This document shows positions 1 through 9,625 of a stretch of DNA of 32,000 bases, piece after piece. Source of the stretch: Skermanella aerolata KACC 11604. GTDB taxonomy: Bacteria > Pseudomonadota > Alphaproteobacteria > Azospirillales > Azospirillaceae. The stretch lies in NCBI RefSeq assembly GCF_000936425.1, contig NZ_AVFK01000047.1:1-32000 (forward strand), read 5' to 3'. Made by a program: the position numbers and the translations under genes. Below the pieces are notes generated by a model that was not told the origin of the DNA, did no database searches, and worked only from the letters and a program-made list of their open reading frames with translations. The stretch's first letter is position 1, and each line of letters begins with the position of its first letter.

Positions 1-109
1 TGGCCCAGTTGTTCGGGTCCTTCTGCAGCTTCATCACTTCGTCGTTGGCGAAGGCCCCGGCGGCACTGAGCATAAGTGCCGACGTCATCAGGATTGTCTT
101 CAGTTTCAT
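1..109 (-). CDS. First 36 codons of a PQQ-dependent methanol/alcohol dehydrogenase large subunit (MxaF/XoxF family); continues beyond the left edge
   Basis: Reverse-strand ATG at 109-107 with GGGAGG (revcomp of 119-124) upstream. Translation MKLKTILMTSALMLSAAGAFA/NDEVMKLQKDPNNWA is a signal peptide followed by the ND-x-x-x-KL...NW start typical of mature MxaF/XoxF quinoproteins, and looks more XoxF-like. Absent from the ORF track because there is no stop in the window. Confidence 0.55.
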   Translation of the reverse strand, partial: MKLKTILMTSALMLSAAGAFANDEVMKLQKDPNNWA

Positions 110-680
110 AACCCGCAACCTCCCGGTCCTTGTTGAAGATATTATTGTTTCCAGGATAGATTTGTTTGCCTGACGGTTTGGCTTCGATCAGTAAGTGGCG
201 CCGCTATCACGGATCTCGTCACGGAACTCACTGTCACCGCCCGTAAAAGCAAGAGCCACAGAAGCAAGAGCGATGCCAGTCCGGCGCAGTTTACGAAACT
301 GAGCAAATAACGGTGCCGCTGGCCAGCTTCCGCCCGAAATGCATTGGCTATCGACAAGAATGGCGGAAGCTCACGTATCATTTTTGGGCGGATCAATGTA
401 TTGAATCTATACACTTGTGTAATTTTAAGACTACACTGCCAGTTAGTTAGCGCTTATCATCAGAATTAATTTGATTTTTCTCCGTACCTTAAAATGAAAT
501 CACCTGATATAGGTCTTCTATCATTTACAAGACAGCCGAGTTATGCCCTATTATAGGGTGGCGACGTCTTGATATGGACGCACGTCTTCAAATCGGCGAG
601 TCGTGACTTCCGGTAACCGCCCCGAAAAGGGTTACGGTCGATAGGCGACTTTCCTGATCACTCATTCGGGAGGAATCAGC

Positions 681-1553
681 ATGGAAATCCGGAACCCCAT
701 CGACTGGGGTGTCGATCAGTTCAAGAATGCCGGTACTGTCCTGGGAACCGCGGGACATGAGTTCCGCCGCACAGCCGACCTGTCTCGCCCGGCTCCCATG
801 ATCCGCCGCATCAGGATCTCGGACCTCCGCGACGCCTTGACTTCAGGAATGGAGGACTTCGGTGCAAACCGTACCGATGTGCTGTTCCTCTGTATCATCT
901 ATCCATTGGTCGGCCTGTTCCTGGCTCGGGTCACCTTCGGCTATGACATGCTGCCGTTGCTGTTTCCTCTGGCATCGGGTTTCGCGCTGATCGGCCCGGT
1001 GGCTGCTCTGGGTCTCTATGAAATGAGCCGCCGTCGCGAAATGGGCATCGAGACGACTTGGATGAACGCCATCGACGTCCTCCGCTCGCCCTCGCTCGGC
1101 TCGGTTATCATGCTCGGCATGATGCTGTGTGCGATCTTCCTGCTCTGGGTCCTGACCGCCGACCTGATCTACTCGGCCACGCTCGGGCCGGGCGCTCCGG
1201 ACTCGGCAAGTTCCTTCGCCCGGAACGTCTTCACGACCGAAGCTGGCTGGACGATGATCGGCCTTGGCGTCGGCGTCGGTTTCCTGTTCGCAGCCGCCGT
1301 GCTGGCGATCAGCGTCGTGTCGTTTCCTTTGTTGCTGGACCGCCATGTCAGCTTGAGAAAGGCCGTACGGGTATCGGTCGATGCCGTTCTCGCCAGTCCC
1401 GGTCCGATGGCCGTCTGGGGGATGATCGTCGCAGGCAGTCTGGTGCTGGGCTCGATACCGCTGTTCCTCGGCCTGATCGTCGTCCTACCCGTCCTTGGCC
1501 ATTCCACATGGCACCTGTACCGCAAGGTCATCGTGTGCTTCGATCCGGTCTGA
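681..1553 (+). CDS. Polytopic inner-membrane protein, DUF2189-like, function unknown
   Basis: 290-aa ORF with GGGAGG at 668-673, 7 nt before the ATG. A soluble N-terminus of about 60 aa is followed by several long hydrophobic helices. Resemblance to the DUF2189 family is from memory only. Confidence 0.5.
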   Translation: MEIRNPIDWGVDQFKNAGTVLGTAGHEFRRTADLSRPAPMIRRIRISDLRDALTSGMEDFGANRTDVLFLCIIYPLVGLFLARVTFGYDMLPLLFPLASGFALIGPVAALGLYEMSRRREMGIETTWMNAIDVLRSPSLGSVIMLGMMLCAIFLLWVLTADLIYSATLGPGAPDSASSFARNVFTTEAGWTMIGLGVGVGFLFAAAVLAISVVSFPLLLDRHVSLRKAVRVSVDAVLASPGPMAVWGMIVAGSLVLGSIPLFLGLIVVLPVLGHSTWHLYRKVIVCFDPV

Positions 1554-1774
1554 GGAACGATCCGTCGGGGATAAAGGTCCGGGACGCAAAGGTGGCGGTC
1601 TCGCGGGGACCATTCCGCAGGGCCTCCACCCACCTCCGCTTCCATCGGATGCTCATTCCGGTCATTGAAAAGGCATAAGTTTTAGGATACAATCAGAGGT
1701 ATATTTTACATACCGACTTTGAATCTGAATTGTTCAGGTGGATAGTAATAAAACACCCGCCATGTAGGAAATCT

Positions 1775-1790
1775 ATACAGGTGTCTGTAT
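1775..1790. promoter_or_regulatory. Perfect 6-4-6 palindrome ATACAG-GTGT-CTGTAT; candidate upstream activator (MmoR) site for the mmoX promoter
   Basis: Read directly. It lies about 145 bp upstream of the -24/-12 element in an AT-rich spacer, the usual distance for bacterial enhancer-binding protein sites. Confidence 0.35.
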
Positions 1791-1934
1791 GGAAATCATG
1801 CAAAGCGTTTAGTCAAAGCGTCTAGTCTACGTACCCATTTACGCCAAGACGCCGGATTGTCACGATCCATATCCTGACAATCGTCTTTACGCCTGCTGAA
1901 GTTGTGATGGTTGTGCAGGGGAGCTCCCCTTGAA

Positions 1935-1950
1935 TGGCATATGGTATGCA
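1935..1950 (+). promoter_or_regulatory. Sigma-54 (-24/-12) promoter of mmoX: TGGCAT-ATGGT-ATGCA
   Basis: GG at 1936-1937 and GC at 1948-1949 have exactly the consensus spacing (TGGCAC-N5-TTGCW). It sits 65 nt upstream of the mmoX ATG. sMMO operons are known to be sigma-54/MmoR dependent. Confidence 0.55.
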
Positions 1951-2014
1951 AAGAGCTCAGAAAGAAGCTTGCGGAGCACGCAACCGCATATAAGCAAACC
2001 GGGAGGTCAACGTC

Positions 2015-3595
2015 ATGCCGATCAGCGCCGCGACAGAGGCCGCATCGAGCGCCCTGCAAACGAACCGTGCTCCGATCAGTGTCAATCCTCAGGAAGTGCA
2101 TCGCTGGATGCAGAGCTTCAACTGGGACTTCGAAAAGAACAGAACGAAGTACCCGACCAAATACACCATGGCGGGCGATACGAAGGAACAGTTCAAGCTG
2201 ATCGCCAAGGAATATGCCCGCATGGAGGCCGCCAAGGACGAGCGCCAATTCGGGACTCTGCTGGACGGACTGACCCGCCTGGGCGCCGGCAACAGGATGC
2301 ATCCCAAATGGGGCGAGACCATGAAGATCGCGTCCAACTTCCTCGAAGTCGGGGAATACAACGCGATAGCCGCATCCGCAATGCTTTGGGATGCAGCGAA
2401 CTCGGCCGAGCAGAAGAACGGATATTTGGCCCAGGTTCTGGACGAGATCCGCCATACCAACCAGTGCGGCTTCGTCAACTACTACTACTCTAAACACTAT
2501 CACAATCCGGCCGGCCACAACGACGCACGGCGCACCCGGACCATCGGTCCCTTGTGGAAGGGCATGAAGCGGGTGTTCGCCGACAGCTTCATCTCCGGCG
2601 ACGCGGTGGAATGCTCGATCAACCTCCAACTGGTTGGTGAAGCCTGCTTCACGAACCCCCTGATCGTCGCGATAACGGAATGGGCATCGGCCAACGGCGA
2701 TGAAATCACGCCGACCGTCTTCCTGTCGATCGAGACCGACGAACTCCGCCACATGGCGAACGGCTATCAGACCGTGGTGTCGATCGCCAACGATCCTGCC
2801 GCGCAGAAGTATTTGAACGCGGACTTGAACAATGCTTTCTGGACGCAGCAGAAATATTTCACGCCTGTTCTGGGAATGCTTTTCGAATACGGCTCCAAGT
2901 TCAAGGTCGAGCCCTGGGTCAAGACCTGGAACCGCTGGGTCTACGAAGACTGGGGCGGCATCTGGATCGGCCGGCTCGGCAAGTACGGGATCGTGTCGCC
3001 GCCCAGTCTGCGCGACGCCAAGCAGGATGCCTACTGGGCGCATCACGATCTGGCCCTGATCGCCTACGCACTCTGGCCAACCGGCTTCTTCCGTCTGGCC
3101 CTGCCGGACGAGGAGGAAATGGCATGGTTCGAAGCCAATTATCCGGGCTGGTACGATCACTATGGCAAGATCTACCGGGAATGGAAGGACCTGGGCTGTG
3201 AAGACCCCCGGAGCGGCTTCATCCCCATCCAATGGCTGCTGGAGCGCGGCCACCACATCTACATCGACAGAGTTTCGCAAGTTCCCTTCTGCCCGACTTT
3301 GTCGAAGGGATCGAGTTCGCTCCGCGTCCACGAATATAATGGCCGTAAGCACTCGTTCAGCGACGACTGGGGCGAGCGCATGTGGCTGGTCGAACCCGAG
3401 CGCTACGAATGCCAGAACATCTTCGAACAGTATGAAGGACGTGAATTGTCGGAGGTGATCGCCGAGGGCCATGGTGTCCGAAGCGACGGCAGGACGCTGA
3501 TCGGTCAGCCCCACATCCGGCCGGATACCATGTGGACGCTTGAGGATGTCCGGCGTGCCGGGTGCGTCTTCGTCGACTCGCTGGACAGGATGTAA
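2015..3595 (+). CDS. mmoX: Soluble methane monooxygenase hydroxylase alpha subunit
   Basis: 526 aa with GGGAGG 8 nt upstream. Near end-to-end resemblance to MmoX as I remember it (NRAPISVNPQEVHRWMQSFNWDF...). Di-iron ligand motifs are present: EVGEYNA, LDEIRH, ETDELRH. Confidence 0.97.
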   Translation: MPISAATEAASSALQTNRAPISVNPQEVHRWMQSFNWDFEKNRTKYPTKYTMAGDTKEQFKLIAKEYARMEAAKDERQFGTLLDGLTRLGAGNRMHPKWGETMKIASNFLEVGEYNAIAASAMLWDAANSAEQKNGYLAQVLDEIRHTNQCGFVNYYYSKHYHNPAGHNDARRTRTIGPLWKGMKRVFADSFISGDAVECSINLQLVGEACFTNPLIVAITEWASANGDEITPTVFLSIETDELRHMANGYQTVVSIANDPAAQKYLNADLNNAFWTQQKYFTPVLGMLFEYGSKFKVEPWVKTWNRWVYEDWGGIWIGRLGKYGIVSPPSLRDAKQDAYWAHHDLALIAYALWPTGFFRLALPDEEEMAWFEANYPGWYDHYGKIYREWKDLGCEDPRSGFIPIQWLLERGHHIYIDRVSQVPFCPTLSKGSSSLRVHEYNGRKHSFSDDWGERMWLVEPERYECQNIFEQYEGRELSEVIAEGHGVRSDGRTLIGQPHIRPDTMWTLEDVRRAGCVFVDSLDRM

Positions 3596-3691
3596 GCCGA
3601 ATTCTCGCCGGGCGCGATGCCGCTCCCGTCCTTCATGCGGAAACAAGCTTCCCCGCATGAAGAACGGGTGAATTTAGATGGGAGGAAGCAT

Positions 3692-4870
3692 ATGGCCCTC
3701 ATCGACGCGAACAAGCGCGGCTTGACCGATCCTGAAAGGGCTGCGGAGATTCTCAAGGCGATACCGGCTGTCCCGCTCGATAGCCAGAGGAGGATGAACT
3801 ACTTCGTCCCACCGCGATGGAAACGGCTCAGCGAATACGAAATCCTCACCCTTTATTGCCAGCCGACGCCCGATTGGGTTCCGGGAGGTCTGGATTGGGG
3901 CGACTGGACGCAGAAATTCCATGGCGGCCGTCCGTCCTGGGGCAACGAATTCACCGAGTTGCGCACGACCGATTGGCACCGCCACCGCGACCCCAGCCGC
4001 CGCTGGCACGCTCCCTACGTCAAGGACAAGTCGGAGGACTGGCGCTACACCACGCGTTTCCTTGAAGGCTATTCCGCCGATGGCGCTATCCGGACGATGG
4101 AGCCGTTCTGGCGGGACGAGATCCTGGACCGGTACTGGGGCGCTCTGCTCTTCAACGAGTACGGCCTGTTCAACGCCCATTCCTCCGTCCTGCGCGACTG
4201 CCTGTCGGAAACTATCCGGACCAGCGCCGCCTTCGCGGCCCTGGACAAGCTGGACATCGCTCAGATGATCCAGCTGGAGCGGACCTTCATCGCCAAGCTC
4301 GTGCCGGTCTGTACCGATTCCACCGATGCGCCTAAGCGGGTTTGGCTGGAAGACCCAGTCTATCGCGGCGCCCGGAAGACGGTCGAGGAGCTGTGGCGCG
4401 GCATTCATGACTGCAACGAGATCCTATGGTCGGTCCATGCCGTCTATGACAGCCTGTTCGGACAGTTCGTCCGGCGGGAATTCTTCCAGCGGCTCGCTCC
4501 CTATTTCGGCGATACGCTGACGCCCTTCTTCGTCAATCAGGCGCAGACCTATTATCAGATCACGCGGGGCGCCATCAGCGACCTGTATCTGCACTGCCTT
4601 GCCGACGACCCGGAGTTCTCCAGCTACAACCGGCGTTTCCTCAGGGTCTGGACAGGCAAATGGCTGCCCCACACGATCGATGCCCTCGGCGACTTCGTCG
4701 CGATCTACCAGAGGATCAGCCTGATCAGGGGCGTCACCGACAAAGCGTCGATCGAGGAGTCCGTGGAGCGCGTGATCTGCGACTGGGCACAGGATTATGC
4801 GGACAGGATCGATTTCAAAGTCGACCGGTCCAGGCTGACGAGCCAGATCGTCAGCCGCATCGGGCAGTGA
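3692..4870 (+). CDS. mmoY: sMMO hydroxylase beta subunit
   Basis: The track ORF starts at 3617. ATG 3692 has GGAGGA 5 nt upstream and gives 392 aa, the usual MmoY size. Position between mmoX and mmoB supports the call. Confidence 0.9.
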   Translation: MALIDANKRGLTDPERAAEILKAIPAVPLDSQRRMNYFVPPRWKRLSEYEILTLYCQPTPDWVPGGLDWGDWTQKFHGGRPSWGNEFTELRTTDWHRHRDPSRRWHAPYVKDKSEDWRYTTRFLEGYSADGAIRTMEPFWRDEILDRYWGALLFNEYGLFNAHSSVLRDCLSETIRTSAAFAALDKLDIAQMIQLERTFIAKLVPVCTDSTDAPKRVWLEDPVYRGARKTVEELWRGIHDCNEILWSVHAVYDSLFGQFVRREFFQRLAPYFGDTLTPFFVNQAQTYYQITRGAISDLYLHCLADDPEFSSYNRRFLRVWTGKWLPHTIDALGDFVAIYQRISLIRGVTDKASIEESVERVICDWAQDYADRIDFKVDRSRLTSQIVSRIGQ

Positions 4871-4899
4871 TGGACCATGATCAACGGGAAGGACTCCTG

Positions 4900-5310
4900 A
4901 TGAGCAAGAACAGCTACGGCGCCGGCATCATGGCGAAGACCGGCGAAGCCTTTGCCAGAGAGTTCTTCGCGGAAGAAAACCAAGTGGTCAAGGAAGCGAA
5001 CAAGGTCGTCCTGGTGCTGATGAAAAGCGACGAGGTCGATGCCATCGTCGAAGAGATGATCCTCAAGGACGGGATCATCCGGAATCCGACGATGACTGTC
5101 GAAGACCGCATCAGCTTCTGGTGGATCAAGGCGGATGGCAAGATCGAAGTGGATGCCGACGAAGCCAGCGCCATCCTGGGAAAGACCTACAGCATCTTCG
5201 ACTTTCTGGTGAATGTCTCGTCCACCGTCGGACGGGCCTACACCCTTGGCAACACCTTCACGATCACAGCGGAACTGATGGGGCTGGAGAGAAAGCTGAC
5301 CGACATTTGA
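4900..5310 (+). CDS. mmoB: sMMO regulatory protein B
   Basis: Internal ATG of track ORF 4660-5310, giving 136 aa (MSKNSYGAGIMAKTGEAFAREFFAEENQVV...). Size, position and sequence are typical of MmoB. Confidence 0.9.
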   Translation: MSKNSYGAGIMAKTGEAFAREFFAEENQVVKEANKVVLVLMKSDEVDAIVEEMILKDGIIRNPTMTVEDRISFWWIKADGKIEVDADEASAILGKTYSIFDFLVNVSSTVGRAYTLGNTFTITAELMGLERKLTDI

Positions 5311-5346
5311 AAACCAGGCGATGGGCAGATCGGGGAGGGACCAGGG

Positions 5347-5856
5347 ATGGGCGGATATCCGGTACATGACAATCCCGTACGCAGACGATGGCTGAGCAAG
5401 ATCGATGAACTGCATTCCGTCGATGAGGCGACCAAGTTCATCCAGCAGTTCCGGCGCGATTGCACGTCGCATTTGCGCAAGACATACGATCTCGACCTCG
5501 ATTACCTCTGGATCGAGGGCCAGATCGAACAACGGCTGGCGATTCTGAAGGAAAGCAAGTTCTCGGACGCCGACCTTCTCGCAAAATGCACGACCGGCGA
5601 GGATGCGGGGACGACGGCCGACCAGTGGGTCGAGCGGATGGTGAATACCCAAGATAAATACGAAGCGGAGAAGATGCTGATCGAGTTCCGCCAGGACTAC
5701 AAGCCACCGGTGATGCCGGTCAATGCTTTCCTGAAAGCCGATGCTGCGATGGGATCGCGGCTCATGGAACTTCGCAATTTGAATTACCATACCCTGTCGC
5801 TCGAAGAACTTCGCAGAGAGCGTGGAGTAGGCGTCATCTACGTGGCGGAAAGATGA
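5347..5856 (+). CDS. mmoZ: sMMO hydroxylase gamma subunit
   Basis: 169 aa. HDNPVRRRW...SVDEATKFIQQFR...YKPPVMPVNAFL matches the MmoZ pattern. GGGGAGGGA lies upstream. Confidence 0.9.
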   Translation: MGGYPVHDNPVRRRWLSKIDELHSVDEATKFIQQFRRDCTSHLRKTYDLDLDYLWIEGQIEQRLAILKESKFSDADLLAKCTTGEDAGTTADQWVERMVNTQDKYEAEKMLIEFRQDYKPPVMPVNAFLKADAAMGSRLMELRNLNYHTLSLEELRRERGVGVIYVAER

Positions 5857-6080
5857 GGGGCGAAATGGACACTTCGGCTGATAGGGAATCGATAGAGATC
5901 TTTCGGAACGAAAGGTTCGAAGCCTACGCCCAGGACCTCGGATTCATGTGGCGCTGGGAAATCCATTCCGACGGCAAATTGATGCAGGAGGGCTGCTCCC
6001 TCACCAAGCGCGCGGCAGACGAGGCGGTCGGCTACGTAGTCGCCTATTTCGGGCGGATCCGTGGTGTAGGTCCCGACTGA
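5853..6080 (+). CDS. mmoD: MmoD (OrfY), short 75-aa form
   Basis: The core YAQDLGFMWRWEIHSDGKLMQEGCS...VVAYFG matches the conserved MmoD core (YAKDLDFMWRW...VQEGCS...NYFG). The ATG overlaps the mmoZ stop (ATGA at 5853-5856). Confidence 0.75.
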   Translation: MRGEMDTSADRESIEIFRNERFEAYAQDLGFMWRWEIHSDGKLMQEGCSLTKRAADEAVGYVVAYFGRIRGVGPD

Positions 6081-6175
6081 TGCCCGATGCGACGAGCGCC
6101 TTTGGAAGAAACGATGGAGACCCTTCTTCGGAAAGCGTTGCCTTGAGTACCGAGAGCCGATCCGGAGACTGCGGA

Positions 6176-7210
6176 ATGTATAGAATAGAAACCATAACCG
6201 AGGACTCTCAATCCGTCGTGTTCGATTGCAGGCCCAATGAGGACGTTATCAGTGCTGCTTTCAGAAACAACGTCATACTCCTGTCGTCTTGCCGGGAAGG
6301 CGGCTGCGCAACATGCAAGGCCGAGTGTCTGGACGGCCGGTACGACCTCAAGAAATGCAGCGTCCAGGCGCTGCCTTCGGATGAGGAGGAGGCCGGCATG
6401 ATCCTGCTCTGCCGGACGTTTCCGCAGAGCGATCTCGTCATCAGCCTTCCCTATACCCATGACCGGATCTCCTTCGGCCAGGTGCAGTCGAATTGGACGA
6501 GCGAGATCATGCTGTGCCAGCAGGTCTCGTCGAACGTCGTCCGGCTGGTGCTGAACTGTCTCGACCCCATCTCCGGCACCTCTGTGGCGATGCCGTTCCT
6601 GCCCGGCCAATACGTCGATATAGAAATTCCGGGCACGCCGCTCCGCCGGTCCTTTTCCATGGCGTCGCTGCCGGGAATGGTAGACATGGAGTTCTTCATA
6701 CGCCTGCTGCCGGACGGACGTTTTTCCTGCCACCTGATGCGCAAGGCCGCTGTCGGTCAGAGATTGTCGCTGCGAGGCCCCGCCGGTGGGTTCATGCTGC
6801 GCGACAAGGGTCCACCGCGACCCTATTGCTTCGTCGCGGGCGGCACCGGCCTGTCACCGGTGCTGTCGATGGTCCGTCATTTGAAAACGGCGGGCGATCG
6901 ACAGCCGGTTCTGCTGCTGTTCGGCGTGACCCATCGGCATGAGCTGTTTTGCCAGGATGAATTGAGGCATCTGGCCGAAGACATGCCCAACCTGTCCGTC
7001 GACGTTTCGGTGATGTGCCCCGATGGCGCCTGGCCAGGCGCCGGTGGTACTGTCGTCGACCTGCTGCGCCGGCATCTGGCCGAGGCGGATGTCAAACCGG
7101 AAATCTACCTATGCGGCCCGCCTGCCATGATCGACCGCGCCGTCATCACGGCGCTAGACTCCGATATCAAAAAAGAAAATATCTATTTCGAAAAGTTTTT
7201 TCCGTCGTAG
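6176..7210 (+). CDS. mmoC: sMMO reductase (2Fe-2S ferredoxin / FAD / NADH)
   Basis: MYRIETITEDS... start is typical of MmoC, with GGAGAC 8 nt upstream. Motifs: CREGGCATCKAEC...LLCRT, RRSFSMAS, GGTGLSP. An alternative upstream ATG at 6080 overlaps the mmoD stop and would add 32 aa. Confidence 0.9.
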   Translation: MYRIETITEDSQSVVFDCRPNEDVISAAFRNNVILLSSCREGGCATCKAECLDGRYDLKKCSVQALPSDEEEAGMILLCRTFPQSDLVISLPYTHDRISFGQVQSNWTSEIMLCQQVSSNVVRLVLNCLDPISGTSVAMPFLPGQYVDIEIPGTPLRRSFSMASLPGMVDMEFFIRLLPDGRFSCHLMRKAAVGQRLSLRGPAGGFMLRDKGPPRPYCFVAGGTGLSPVLSMVRHLKTAGDRQPVLLLFGVTHRHELFCQDELRHLAEDMPNLSVDVSVMCPDGAWPGAGGTVVDLLRRHLAEADVKPEIYLCGPPAMIDRAVITALDSDIKKENIYFEKFFPS

Positions 7211-7398
7211 TAAATAATATTATACATACAAGATTTTTCACGAGAATTTTCTATATTCTAAGGTCGATTCAGTATTTTCCAAATCGAAACCTGGCATTCA
7301 ATATTGATATTTCAGGGGTCTAATTATTGATTGTCCTCTGAATATCTTACTAGTTTGATCCGTTTCAAGGATAAGAATGATCAGAATGACAAAAAAAT

Positions 7399-9603
7399 GT
7401 GACGAGGAAACCCCAAGAGGTTGGCAGGTTCGGGATGATAGCAAGATCTGGGCACGCGTCGTCGGACACCATGACAGTCAAATGGCCGCCAAATCCTTTG
7501 TTCATGCACGAAAACGAACAAGCGATTAGCGGACGGGAGGCGGAAAACGAAACGGGTCTGTTCGGCGTCGATCGTCCGGGCGTAGCCTGGGACTGGATGA
7601 AGCAGACTGAACAGGCTCCTTTCGGAGCCGATTGGGTTCGGCCTCAGGTCGCGGAAGCATGGAGCCGATGTTTGGAAGACCACTGCCTGCGGGTCGGGGT
7701 CGACCTGCCGGCCGGAGACCGCTTACAACAGGGTTTCAGGCCCGGCAGCGACCTGCCGGAGGCGGTAAGGACCAGCCTGACGGTCATGATCTACAAGGTG
7801 AAGCTGTTTCTACGCGAAACCAACGTGACGCTGCTGCTGGCGGATGCCGCCGGCACCCTGATCCACGTCATGGATGCCGGACTTCAGCTTTGTCCGATCG
7901 GTCGGCAGCTCGTCAGGCTGGGAGTGAACTGGCACGAGGCCAGCATCGGCAACAACGGCATGGGGACGGCGGGGCTTTTGAGGGAACCGGTCGCTTTCGA
8001 GGGCAAGGAACATTTCTATTGCGGCCTGCATCCCTTTGCCACGGCGGGCTACCCGATTACCGGCCCGGACGGCAGCCTGACGGCGCTGCTGGGTGCCGTT
8101 ACCGACCGCCGGGACTCGTCCAAGTCGCTGCTGGGTTTCCTGCGGCTGGCCGGCTACCTGATCGAGGCCAACCTGTTCGAGCGGCACAGCCCTCCGGGAC
8201 TGATGCTGCGCCTGCGCCCAGCCGACATGACGGAAAGTCTGGGCGTTCAAGAATGCCTGCTGGACGGACTTGTCTCGGTCGACCAGAGCGGCAGCATCCT
8301 CGGCGCCAACCGGACCGGGCTGCTGCTCATGGGGGCTGAAAACCACGACAGCATCCTGCACAAGGACCTGTCCACCGTAACCGGCCTGGGCTTTGGCGAC
8401 CTGCGCGCCCGGATGGCGACCGGCGGCGGGACGATCGAGCATACCCTGCCGTCCGGAACCCGTCTGATCATCGAAACCGACATCAGCCTTAGCCATGTCA
8501 CTCCCCCGACCAGTTGCCCAGTGCGAAATCTCACCGGCGATTCCTCTCGTAGCGCCGGGACCAGGGCATCCGAACGGAGCCGGATTCCCGCCATCCCCGC
8601 CGCACCTTCCAGCCAATTCCGCGATGTCGTGCTTGAAACAGCGCTGTATAAGGCGGTAGGCCTTGAAAGCCGGAAGATACCGATCCTGATCACGGGGGAG
8701 TCAGGGGTCGGCAAGGATTATCTCGTCCGCCAGATGCGGGCCAGCGGACCGCGCAGCACGCAGCCGCTGGTCGCAATCAACTGCGGCGCAATCCCGCGCG
8801 AACTGATCGCCAGCGAGTTGTTCGGTTACGAGGCCGGTAGTTTTACCGGCGCCCGGATCAGGGGCAAATCCGGCAAGTTCGTCGAGGCGGACAAGGGCAT
8901 CCTGTTCCTTGACGAGATCGGCGACATGGCGCTCGACCTCCAGGCGACGCTGCTCCGCGTGCTGGACACGTCGGAGATCGTGCCGATCGGCGGAGCAAAA
9001 TCGATCCCGGTCGATGTCCATGTGGTCGCCGCCACCAACCGGAATCTTCCGGAGAGCGTGCAGAAGGGAACCTTCCGCCGTGACCTCTACTACCGGCTCA
9101 ACGGCGCCCAGATTTGGCTTCCGCCGCTGCGCGAACGTCCGGACAAGATGAAGCTGATCCAGCACATGCTTCAGATCGAACAGGAGGCGCTGGCTATTTC
9201 CGAACCGAAGCAGTTGGGCGAAGAACTTTGGCAGATCTTCATGAAGCACCCCTGGCCGGGGAATATCCGGGAGCTGCGCAACGTCCTCCGCTCCTCTCTC
9301 GCCATGACGGTCGGGCCGGATATCCGGATCACAGATCTACCTCCCGACTTCCTCGACGAGATGGAGCATTCGCCTTCCCGGACCGAGCAGATGCCGGACC
9401 ATGGTACGTCCGAATACAGGACACCGGAGCCGAGAGGGAGCGAACAGGGCACCGGATCTGCGGTGCTGGCCGACTGGGAGGAGCAGGCGATCCGTTCCGC
9501 CCTGGCGGCGAGCAGCGGCAACATTTCGCGCGCCGCCCGCATGCTCAGCATCACGCGGGCGACGCTCTATCACAAGATGGCGCGTTACGGCCTTAAGAAG
9601 TAG
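7399..9603 (+). CDS. mmoR: Sigma-54-dependent transcriptional activator of sMMO
   Basis: GAF-like N-terminal sensor region. AAA+ core has Walker A GESGVGKD, a GSFTGA loop and Walker B FLDEIG. C-terminal Fis-type HTH is ISRAARMLSITRATLYHKMARYGL. The start is uncertain: GTG 7399, or ATG 7432, 7471 or 7504. Confidence 0.85.
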   Translation: MTRKPQEVGRFGMIARSGHASSDTMTVKWPPNPLFMHENEQAISGREAENETGLFGVDRPGVAWDWMKQTEQAPFGADWVRPQVAEAWSRCLEDHCLRVGVDLPAGDRLQQGFRPGSDLPEAVRTSLTVMIYKVKLFLRETNVTLLLADAAGTLIHVMDAGLQLCPIGRQLVRLGVNWHEASIGNNGMGTAGLLREPVAFEGKEHFYCGLHPFATAGYPITGPDGSLTALLGAVTDRRDSSKSLLGFLRLAGYLIEANLFERHSPPGLMLRLRPADMTESLGVQECLLDGLVSVDQSGSILGANRTGLLLMGAENHDSILHKDLSTVTGLGFGDLRARMATGGGTIEHTLPSGTRLIIETDISLSHVTPPTSCPVRNLTGDSSRSAGTRASERSRIPAIPAAPSSQFRDVVLETALYKAVGLESRKIPILITGESGVGKDYLVRQMRASGPRSTQPLVAINCGAIPRELIASELFGYEAGSFTGARIRGKSGKFVEADKGILFLDEIGDMALDLQATLLRVLDTSEIVPIGGAKSIPVDVHVVAATNRNLPESVQKGTFRRDLYYRLNGAQIWLPPLRERPDKMKLIQHMLQIEQEALAISEPKQLGEELWQIFMKHPWPGNIRELRNVLRSSLAMTVGPDIRITDLPPDFLDEMEHSPSRTEQMPDHGTSEYRTPEPRGSEQGTGSAVLADWEEQAIRSALAASSGNISRAARMLSITRATLYHKMARYGLKK

Positions 9604-9625
9604 CGGCCTGAAGATCCAAGGGGGA

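Noticed and set aside
303-318. Sigma-54-like sequence on the minus strand upstream of the MDH gene (CGGCAC-CGTTAT-TTGC)
   Set aside because: The spacer between the -24 and -12 blocks is one nucleotide too long. Sigma-54 promoters tolerate almost no spacing change.
142-414. 90-aa minus-strand ORF just upstream of the MDH start
   Set aside because: No RBS and no recognisable family. Its composition differs from neighbouring genes, and it lies in what looks like the promoter region. It cannot be excluded as a small membrane protein, but it is unsupported.
546-558. 13-bp palindrome CCCTAT-T-ATAGGG and nearby ACGTCTT direct repeats (569-592) as operator sites
   Set aside because: They are short single occurrences in AT-rich DNA, with no second copy or known binding motif. 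Noted only.
1796-3658. 620-aa minus-strand ORF opposite mmoX. Similar long antisense or off-frame ORFs occur at 9593-10852, 14444-15154, 14497-15861, 16468-18402, 19450-21255, 21270-22643 and 30299-31981.
   Set aside because: They overlap genes with unmistakable homology on the other strand or frame. Their translations are Arg/Pro/Gly/Ala-rich low-complexity sequence typical of stop-poor shadow frames in GC-rich DNA.
7292-7307. TGGCAT-TCAATA-TTGA in the mmoC-mmoR spacer as a sigma-54 promoter for mmoR
   Set aside because: The -12 GC is replaced by GA and the spacing is off by one.
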